Of a DNA stretch of 64,000 bases, positions 56,856 through 64,000 are shown one piece after another. This DNA comes from Hydrurus foetidus (lineage: Eukaryota), in assembly GCA_900617105.1 (NCBI GenBank), contig UYFQ01000023.1:62001-126000 (forward strand). The letters run 5' to 3'. The notes under the pieces are model-generated. The model was not told where the DNA came from, searched no databases, and saw only the letters and a list, made by a program, of their open reading frames with translations. Numbering within the stretch: position 1 is the stretch's first letter; every line of letters begins with the position of its first letter. A program made the position numbers and the translations under genes.

Positions 56856-57347
56856 TCACCCTCGGTTGAACCAGCCGTGGCGGCGCTGCATGAAATCGCG
56901 CACCTTTTGCTGCTGTGCGGGGTTCAGGCTGTCGTAAAAATCAGCCGCAGCGGCAATCACCTCGGGGCTTTTGAGTTGCAAGGCGCTGGTTTTTTCTTCG
57001 ATCAAAGCGGAAGCACGGGCTTTGTCAAACTGAGCGCCCGCCACCAGTGCCTGCACTTCGGCACGCGGATCGGTGGTTTTGCCCACCAAGGCGGTACGTT
57101 GCTCGCGCAGCTTGTCAGTCAGCGTGCCCAGACGTTGCTTTTGCGAATCGTTCAAATCCAGCTCTTTGCCCACGCGCTCAACCATTTTGGTGCGGAACTG
57201 GGCGGTTTTTTCTTCACTCATCTGCCAGCCGTGACCACCGTGATGCCCACAAGCAGAGAGGCTGCCGATGATGACGGTGGCACCGAAAAGGCCGAACAGG
57301 GTGCGCTTGAAGTTGCGTTTGATCCAGAGTTTCATAGTCGCTTTCAC
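56856..57347 (-). CDS. Spy/CpxP-family periplasmic protein
   Basis: Lipoprotein-like signal LSAC, His/Gly patch, LNDSQ and LNPAQ LTxxQ-like motifs. Confidence 0.82.
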   Translation of the reverse strand: MKATMKLWIKRNFKRTLFGLFGATVIIGSLSACGHHGGHGWQMSEEKTAQFRTKMVERVGKELDLNDSQKQRLGTLTDKLREQRTALVGKTTDPRAEVQALVAGAQFDKARASALIEEKTSALQLKSPEVIAAAADFYDSLNPAQQQKVRDFMQRRHGWFNRG

Positions 57348-57424
57348 GGGGATTTCCCCCTTAAGTTGTTGAAGGCTCTATCGTGCCGGGAAGGCGGGCG
57401 TGGGTCTTCTCTGCGCGGTATCGC

Positions 57425-57444
57425 TTTGTTTCGGTTTGTTTCAG
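57425..57444 (-). promoter_or_regulatory. Candidate OmpR/CpxR-type tandem binding site
   Basis: - strand CTGAAACAAA CCGAAACAAA, 10-bp-period direct repeat about 80 bp upstream of the spy-like gene. Confidence 0.5.
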
Positions 57445-57734
57445 CGCGGTCTGTAAACTGCCTCCGTATGAACCCTACCCTGAACACGCTGTGGCGTGGC
57501 CCCGCGTGGGCACTGTCAGCCCTGCTTGCACTCCTTGGGATGCTGGGGCCGTTTTCGATTGACACCTACTTACCGGCTTTCACTGGCATCGCCCACACAC
57601 TGGGGGCCACACCTGTTGAGATGCAGCAAACGCTGTCGGCCTACCTCTTTGGCTTTGCGTTCATGAACCTGTTTCACGGCGCAATGGCAGACAGCTTTGG
57701 CCGCAGGCCTGTGGTACTTTGGGGTATTGCTGTA

Positions 57735-59026
57735 GGGCAGTCCTATAAATTCCCAAATCCAGTCAACGCATAAACGATATAAATCGTTTATCTAAGAAGC
57801 CTCCTAATCACAAGCCATGATGCAAAGCAGTTTTTTTGACCTCGACAAGAGGTACGCGAAGTTGAGCGAGGCCGGAGATCCGCTGGAGCGGTTGAATGAG
57901 GCAATTGACTGGGAGATGTTTCGCACGACGCTCGAGCGCATAGATGTAAAGCCACGCAAAAGCGCAGCAGGACGTCCACCAACCTGCCGAATCGTGATGT
58001 TCAAGATGCTGCTGCTCCAGCGCCTGCATCAACTCTCAGACGAGCGCTTGGAATACCAAGTGACGGACCGGCTGTCGTTCATGCGGTTTTTAGGGTTGGA
58101 GTTGGCTGGACTTGTACCTGACTCAAGAACCGTCTGGGCCTTTCGCGAAGCGCTCAAGAAGAGCGACCTGATGCAGCCCCTGCTGGACAAGCTGACCCAA
58201 GCGCTAGGGGATATGGGCGTGGAACTCAAAAGTGGGCAAATCATAGATGCCAGCTTTATCCCCGTACCCATCCAGCGCAATGGGCGCGAAGAGAATGCCC
58301 AACTCAAAGCAGGCAAGACCCCCGAAGAGTGGATGGACAACGCAAACAAGCTACGGCACAAAGACGTAGATGCCCGCTGGACAAAGAAAAGCGGGCAAAG
58401 CCACTACGGCTACAAGAACCACATCAACATCGACAAAGACACCAAGCTGATCACGGCGCATGCGTGTACAGATGCCAGCGTTCACGACAGCCAAGAGCTT
58501 GATACCGTGCTGCGCACACCAGAAGAGGGTGGCAAAGACACGTGGGCAGACAGCGCCTACCGCTCAGAGGAGCAGGAAAAGGCGCTCCAGGCCAGCCAAC
58601 ACAGCAGCCACATCCATGAGCGGGCGTATCGCAACCATCCTCTGACGGAGGAACAAAAGGCCACCAACAAAACCAAGTCCAAAGTACGCGCTCGCGTTGA
58701 GCATGTCTTTGGGCACATGGAAAACACAATGGGCGGCATGGGCCTGCGCACCATCGGACTCGCTCGCGCCAAAGTGGGCGTGGCGTTGATGAACCTCACC
58801 TACAACATCAGCCGCATTGAGATACTCATGCGCAACAAGGTTTTTAGCTTCTCTCGCCTGCTCACGCCCAAAATGGGCCAAGTGGCCTGAAATGGGGGCA
58901 AAACCCCCCTTGAAGCGCCTCGAAATCACCAAAAATGCGAAAAAACACAAAACAAATTCGCATTGTGAAATGTTTAGCGTCCCAGGCAAGGCTTGGGGTG
59001 GTTAACGTCGATTTATAGAACTGCCC
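57735..59026 (+). mobile_element. IS5-family insertion sequence, 1292 bp
   Basis: 16-bp terminal IRs GGGCAGTCCTATAAAT / ATTTATAGAACTGCCC (1 mismatch), 4-bp TGTA target duplication at 57731-57734 and 59027-59030. Confidence 0.96.
57817..58890 (+). CDS. IS5-family DDE transposase
   Basis: GRPP, DRLSFMRFLG, IIDAS, YGYKNH, ADSAY, RARVEHVFG. Confidence 0.96.
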   Translation: MMQSSFFDLDKRYAKLSEAGDPLERLNEAIDWEMFRTTLERIDVKPRKSAAGRPPTCRIVMFKMLLLQRLHQLSDERLEYQVTDRLSFMRFLGLELAGLVPDSRTVWAFREALKKSDLMQPLLDKLTQALGDMGVELKSGQIIDASFIPVPIQRNGREENAQLKAGKTPEEWMDNANKLRHKDVDARWTKKSGQSHYGYKNHINIDKDTKLITAHACTDASVHDSQELDTVLRTPEEGGKDTWADSAYRSEEQEKALQASQHSSHIHERAYRNHPLTEEQKATNKTKSKVRARVEHVFGHMENTMGGMGLRTIGLARAKVGVALMNLTYNISRIEILMRNKVFSFSRLLTPKMGQVA

Positions 59027-60118
59027 TGTATTTACCCTGGCATCAGCGGGCTGTGCTTTGTCGCAAACGATCGGCCAATTGGTGCTTTTCAGGGCCTTGC
59101 AGGGCCTGTCTACCGGGGCTGGCATTGTGGTGTCGCGGGCAGTGATTCGCGATTTATTTCCCCCTGCTCAGGCACAAAAGGTCATGAGCCAAGTCACCAT
59201 CTACTTTGGCGTAGCCCCCGCCGTGGCACCGATTGTGGGTGGCTGGTTGTTTGTCTGGCTGGGCTGGCACAGCATTTTTTGGTTCCTGACTTTGGTGGGC
59301 GTGCTCTTGTGGGTGACAAATTTCAAGCTGCTGCCCGAGACCCTGCCTGTGGCCCAACGCCAGCCGTTCAACGCCCGGCATTTGTTAAGTGGCTACTGGC
59401 AACTGGGCTCGAACCCACGCTTTTTGCTGCTGGCACTGGCCAGTGGCATCCCCTTCAATGGCATGTTTTTATACGTTCTGGCAGCCCCTGTGTTTTTGGG
59501 GGATCACCTAGGTTTACAGCCAACGCAGTTTTTCTGGTTTTTCACCCTCACCATCAGCGGCATCATGTTGGGCGCATGGGCCAGTGGACGCATGGCCGGT
59601 AAAGTGCCGCCCAAGCAACAAATCCGCCATGGTTTCCTGATCATGGTGTGTACCAGTATGGTCAATGTCATTGCGAACGGACTCTGGGCACCGCACGCCG
59701 CGTGGTCGCTGTTACCGGTCGCCGTGTTCGCTTTTGGCTGGGCCATGATGGTGCCTGTGGTAACGCTGTTGGTGCTCGATTTGCACCCCGAGCGGCGTGG
59801 CATGGCATCATCTTTGCAAGCCTGCATCGGCTCCACAGCAAACGGCGTGGTGGCAGGCGTGCTGGTGCCGCTGGTGATGCATTCCCCGCTGGCGCTGGCG
59901 ATCGTGTCGCTCTGCATGCTGGGTGTGGGCTTGCTGGCCTGGGTGGTGCTGCACCGCCGCTGGCCAGAAATTGGGCGGGCGGTATCGGCCTGAAAACGCC
60001 GCTTGAAACAGGCGGCGCTGGCACCTAAGCGACGGCCTCGCACGCCGCTTGACGCTACGCTCCACGCGGACTTTCAAACACCTGCCCCACCCACACCACA
60101 TCCCTAAGGACAAACCCC

Positions 60119-60907
60119 ATGAACACCAACACCCTCTTCACCCTCCAAGGCCGCACCGCCCTCGTTACAGGCGGCTCCCGTGGCATTGGCCGCATGATTG
60201 CGGCAGGCTTTTTGGCCCAAGGTGCCAAGGTCTACATCACCGCACGCAAAGCAGCGGTGTGCGACCAAACCGCGAAAGAGCTGTCGGCATTGGGCGGTGA
60301 ATGCATTTCATTGCCGATTGACGTGTCTACCGTGGACGGGGCCAAAGCGCTCGCGGCGGCTTTCGGCAAACACGAAACCGCGCTGGACATTCTGGTCAAC
60401 AACGCAGGCGCCGCCTGGGGCGCACCGTTTGACGAGTTCCCCGAGTCGGGCTGGGACAAAGTGGTGGACTTGAACCTCAAAGCCCCGTTCTTCCTGACCC
60501 AGGCGCTGGCAGCCCCTTTGCGCAAAGCGGCAGCGGCCAACGGTGGCGCACACCCGGCCAAAGTCATCAACATCGCCTCGATTGACGGTGTATCGGTCAA
60601 CCCGCAGGAAACCTACTCTTACGCGGCCAGCAAATCCGGCCTGATCCACCTCACCAAACGCATGGCGCTACGCTTGATTGAAGACAACATCGTCGTCACC
60701 GCCATCGCCCCCGGAGCCTTTGCGTCCGACATGAACAAAGATGCCCGTGACCACGGCGATACAGTGAAACACCGCATCCCCGCCAAACGCATCGGCACCG
60801 ACGAAGACATGGCCGGTGCAGCGATCTTTTTGGCGTCCAGAGCGGGCGACTATGTGGTGGGAACGACGCTGGTAGTCGATGGCGGCGTGACCATCGCTCG
60901 CGGCTGA
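60119..60907 (+). CDS. SDR-family oxidoreductase (RhlG/FabG-like)
   Basis: TGGSRGIG, NNAG, YAASK, VVDGG. Confidence 0.93.
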   Translation: MNTNTLFTLQGRTALVTGGSRGIGRMIAAGFLAQGAKVYITARKAAVCDQTAKELSALGGECISLPIDVSTVDGAKALAAAFGKHETALDILVNNAGAAWGAPFDEFPESGWDKVVDLNLKAPFFLTQALAAPLRKAAAANGGAHPAKVINIASIDGVSVNPQETYSYAASKSGLIHLTKRMALRLIEDNIVVTAIAPGAFASDMNKDARDHGDTVKHRIPAKRIGTDEDMAGAAIFLASRAGDYVVGTTLVVDGGVTIARG

Positions 60908-60973
60908 AACACGACTGATATGAAAGGATTAGGCGGCAATGCGCTTGAACACATGATTTCCGGCTGCGAGAGG

Positions 60974-61522
60974 CTAGGTTTTCTGTCGTGGATCCTGGGT
61001 AGCGCGAGACACAAGCTTGTGCCCAGATGACATCTTTGGGTATGCCGATGCGAACCTCTCTTGAACAAGGCGTTCGCGATCCGAGAAACGAAGCTGATAT
61101 GACTTCGATAGCCAGTTGAGTGAAATATCCAAGTCCCCAATGTATGTCACTTGTCGTTCAATACACTCGAACGTGAACTCGTTGCGAAATACTGAGCCGT
61201 AGGTACCCAAGAATATCTCTCCCCATTGGTACCCACCCGGTTTAAGGGCAACCACATGAAAATTCTCTCCATTCTGAAGAGTGAAAAGACCAGATTTGAA
61301 GCCAAGACTTGGCTTCCTTTCAATGGTGAGCCTGATAGGTGGTACGCCACCACCGAGAGTCTCGCTCAGATTAATGCGGGTAACAACGATGCCTAGACCC
61401 GGGCCGAATTCCGAGGAGTCTGGCGCATTAGGCAACGTCATGTCAGTGAGGGTTGTTCCTGGAGCCCCACACCCTGTTGTGCTCAAAGCGATTCCCGATA
61501 GAAGTAGTGATCTTCTGTTCAT
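60974..61522 (-). CDS. Hypothetical lipoprotein
   Basis: MNRRSLLLSGIALSTTGC signal; LKPGGY...QVTYIGDL beta-rich domain; AT-richer than neighbours. Confidence 0.65.
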   Translation of the reverse strand: MNRRSLLLSGIALSTTGCGAPGTTLTDMTLPNAPDSSEFGPGLGIVVTRINLSETLGGGVPPIRLTIERKPSLGFKSGLFTLQNGENFHVVALKPGGYQWGEIFLGTYGSVFRNEFTFECIERQVTYIGDLDISLNWLSKSYQLRFSDRERLVQERFASAYPKMSSGHKLVSRATQDPRQKT

Positions 61523-61617
61523 GGCGGAGAAAACCGGGGTAAGGTCTTGCATTGACATATTTAACATTCCTTGATTTCCTTCTTCAAAAATCGTAACACT
61601 CTCTAAACTCGCCGCCT

Positions 61618-61905
61618 ATGGATGCACCGCTTGTTTATACCGCCCGCTACGAAGACGATGACACGGGGTTTGCTGCGCCCAGCGATTTGCCTCTGCTGGT
61701 GGCGGCGGAACATGCGGGTCACGCGCCTTTAAGCTCTTGCCGCAACGGCACCTGTCGCACCTGCTTGTGCCGCCTGCACAGCGGCAAGGTGGCCTACCGC
61801 ATTGCGTGGCCGGGCTTGAGTCTGGAGGAAAAGGCGGAGGACTACATCCTGCCCTGCGTGGCCTATCCGCTCAGCGACGTGGTGCTGACGGACGGTGTGT
61901 TTTGA
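61618..61905 (+). CDS. 2Fe-2S ferredoxin (plant type)
   Basis: SCRNGTCRTC...ILPCVAYP. Confidence 0.9.
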   Translation: MDAPLVYTARYEDDDTGFAAPSDLPLLVAAEHAGHAPLSSCRNGTCRTCLCRLHSGKVAYRIAWPGLSLEEKAEDYILPCVAYPLSDVVLTDGVF

Positions 61906-61928
61906 ATGACTGAGCTTTTCAGCCTGGC

Positions 61929-62450
61929 TTAACCCTGAAGCGAGCGTGACAAACGCATTTCTTCAATTTTGAACTCACCCAGCAGCACGGTTTTAGCCGT
62001 GGTCAGCTCGCGCTTGAAACCGGCCAAATCATGGAAGCGCAATGCGCGCTCATTGCGCAGTGGCACCCAGATCGACACCTTGGTACAGCCTTCTTCTTGC
62101 AAGCCTTCGCGGGCGGCATCCCACAGGGCAAGGCCGACGCCCAGCGTCCAGTAGGTGGGCAAGGCGTAGATGGCCCAGATTTCGCCGGTGGTGGGTGGTG
62201 TGCCTTTGTCGCGCGAACGGTCGTAGCCGACGAAACCGACCACGGTGTCCATGTCCATCGCCACTTGAACCTGGGGTTCGCCGTATTCGATGGCTTCGCG
62301 CCAGTAACCCAAGCGCTTCTCAGGTGTCATGGCCTTCAGATGCTCGTCGGGCACCAAGCCCTCGTAAGCTGCACGCACAGAGGCGGAATGAATTTCAGAA
62401 ATAACTTTGGCATCGCGAAGCGTTGCGGGTCTCAGGGTGTAAACGGACAT
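61929..62450 (-). CDS. GNAT-family N-acetyltransferase
   Basis: GEIWAIYALP...GVGLAL, NERALRFH.LAGF. Confidence 0.9.
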   Translation of the reverse strand: MSVYTLRPATLRDAKVISEIHSASVRAAYEGLVPDEHLKAMTPEKRLGYWREAIEYGEPQVQVAMDMDTVVGFVGYDRSRDKGTPPTTGEIWAIYALPTYWTLGVGLALWDAAREGLQEEGCTKVSIWVPLRNERALRFHDLAGFKRELTTAKTVLLGEFKIEEMRLSRSLQG

Positions 62451-62507
62451 ACGGGGAATCAGTTGAACGGGTCACTGTTTTTGAAAGGACTGGGATTGTC
62501 GCTGGTT

Positions 62508-63704
62508 TTAGTCCGTAGTCCTGAGCCTCAGCCGGGCAGAGCCTGCCGCATCCACCCCAACAATCTCAAAACAGCTGAGCAGCATGACCAAGACGATTTG
62601 GATGGCCGCGATGTCAGCGCTATCTTCAGGGTGCATAGGTAGCACTTCGGGGCCTGGTAGGGCATCTGAATCTGGGGTGGAATCATCCTCAGGTAACCAG
62701 CGAAACGGATCAAATGCTGCGGGGTACAACACACCGTGCTCTTGCGCACGGCCAAGACGGAGCATGGCCCACACTGACGTATTTTGGGGTACCTGCACAT
62801 CCGCAATAACAGTGTCGCAGTTCGCTTGAAACACCAGCCGCGTGACCACAGGGTGCAAGCGCTGCGTCTCGTGGATGCATGCGGTCACAAACACAAGATC
62901 AGCAAAATACGCCAGGGGGATGTTCACCTCACTGTCGCAATCTCCATCGCCTTCTGCACGGTGCTTCCCGCTATCGCTCACCACGCGGCAAACCTCAGAA
63001 TGCGCCAAAGCCAGCATGTCAGGGTGGCGAAACAGCAGCTCAATCAGGCGTACCGTGGTGCGAGAAGTGGCCACTTCATCAGCCCGCAGCAGCAGCCACG
63101 CAGCGCCCTGAGCACGGCCCTGCTGACCGGGTTCAAATTCATCATCCAAAGCCAGCCCAGCCACAGCATTTGCGCTAAATTGCATCAAATCCGCTTCCAA
63201 ATCAATAGCTGTATCAGCTTGTACTGCTTGCGTCCAACGCCATTTCAAGTCTTGTGTAGCACGCACCAGCGAATGGAAGTACACCGGCATGGAGCCAGCG
63301 CCCAGCCCGGCCATCACCCTGCGGCGCTGGTCGCTCCAAGGGGCGCCTGTTGCAAAGAAGGCATCCACGCCAAACCCGATGGGGTTCGACGCATGGGCTG
63401 TGCTGTCCGACAGGGTCAAGCCCTCTGCGTTTTTGACGCTGCCAAACAGCAAGGCACTGACAGCCTCCCGATCGTCCACAACCAGCACGCCATGCCCCAT
63501 GCTGTTGAGCCGGTACAACGGCCCATACCGCTGTGCCCACCCCGCCATGGTCGTGTGCAGTGATGGGTTTCGCAGCTGAAACCAGTGACCGAATACGGGC
63601 CACCCCAGAGGACGCGGTAAATCAACGATGCGTCGCAACCGCAAAGGGGTCAGGACATGAGGATCGCTGGAAGAGCCAGCGGGAGCAGGTGATCTGTGGG
63701 GCAT
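62508..63704 (-). CDS. Cytochrome P450-like protein lacking haem-ligating Cys (degenerate or pseudoenzyme)
   Basis: LPRPLGWPVFGH, YGPLYRL, ExxR (HETQRLHP), PERF-like FDPFRW; no FxxGxxxCxG. Confidence 0.7.
   Translation of the reverse strand: MPHRSPAPAGSSSDPHVLTPLRLRRIVDLPRPLGWPVFGHWFQLRNPSLHTTMAGWAQRYGPLYRLNSMGHGVLVVDDREAVSALLFGSVKNAEGLTLSDSTAHASNPIGFGVDAFFATGAPWSDQRRRVMAGLGAGSMPVYFHSLVRATQDLKWRWTQAVQADTAIDLEADLMQFSANAVAGLALDDEFEPGQQGRAQGAAWLLLRADEVATSRTTVRLIELLFRHPDMLALAHSEVCRVVSDSGKHRAEGDGDCDSEVNIPLAYFADLVFVTACIHETQRLHPVVTRLVFQANCDTVIADVQVPQNTSVWAMLRLGRAQEHGVLYPAAFDPFRWLPEDDSTPDSDALPGPEVLPMHPEDSADIAAIQIVLVMLLSCFEIVGVDAAGSARLRLRTTD
63193..63250 (+). repeat. Dispersed fixed-spacing motif, copy in P450-like gene
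   Basis: GCT TCCAAATCA ATAGC TGTATC AGC TTGTACTGCTT GCG TCCAACGCCAT TTCAAGT. Confidence 0.85.
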
Positions 63705-63788
63705 GGTGTCAGACTGTACATTGTGTTTTGTCTATGCAGACAAACACTTTACACCGATGCCAAAGCACGTCAACAACGGGTCAAAATA

Positions 63789-64000
63789 TCAACCCTCACT
63801 GCCCCCGCGTACCGCCATCTCATTGAGCACCCGGCAAGCAGACTCCAGCAACGGCCACGCCAGCGCAGCACCCGAGCCTTCCCCAAGACGCAAACCCATG
63901 CTAAGCAAGGGCTCCACACCCAAGCGCTCCATCATCAAAGCGTGGTTGCGCTCACCCGAATGGTGTGCAAAAACGCAGCGCTGCACCACATGCGGCGCAA
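63789..64000 (-). CDS. cobT: Nicotinate-nucleotide--dimethylbenzimidazole phosphoribosyltransferase (C-terminal part)
   Basis: FAHHSGE, PLLSMGLRLGEGSGAALA, LNEMA. Confidence 0.9.
   Translation of the reverse strand, partial: APHVVQRCVFAHHSGERNHALMMERLGVEPLLSMGLRLGEGSGAALAWPLLESACRVLNEMAVRGGSEG

Larger units (their letters stand above)
57468..59993 (+). pseudogene. Bcr/CflA-family multidrug MFS transporter interrupted by IS
   Basis: 57468-57734 (LGPFSIDTYLPAF...DSFGRRPVVLWGIAV) joins in frame to 59031-59993 (FTLASAGCALSQ...FRALQGL) to give 409 aa once the IS and one TGTA are removed. Confidence 0.95.

Overview
GC-rich betaproteobacterial chromosome segment, Comamonadaceae/Rhodoferax-like by gene content and order. 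It is mostly core genes: carB(partial)-carA, purL, phaZ, rnfB-like, a chemoreceptor, the propionyl/methylmalonyl-CoA operon with a divergent GntR, hns-like, dnaG-rpoD, an atcJABC-like J-domain operon, a hybrid histidine kinase, tRNA-Lys(CTT), the hisS-yfgM-bamB-der-hfq-hflXKC-hisZ-purA cluster, a Spy/OmpR/HK/alkaline-phosphatase module, a Bcr/CflA transporter split by an intact IS5-family element, and the 3' end of cobT. The strongest unexplained signal is a degenerate ~58-bp motif with fixed spacing, (G/A)CT-N9-ATAGC-N6-(C/A)GC-N11-GC(G/A/T)-N11-TT. I found about 14 copies by eye plus weaker ones. Most lie inside protein-coding genes (purL x2, pccA, scpA, dnaG, bamB and others) without breaking the frame, and most are antisense to the host gene. 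Other highlights are an AT-richer ABC/AAA-ATPase + PIN nuclease pair wedged between carA and carB (candidate defence/TA module), a P450-like ORF lacking the haem cysteine, and several candidate operators and an attenuator-like element. All calls come from reading the sequence and motifs; no database searches were run.
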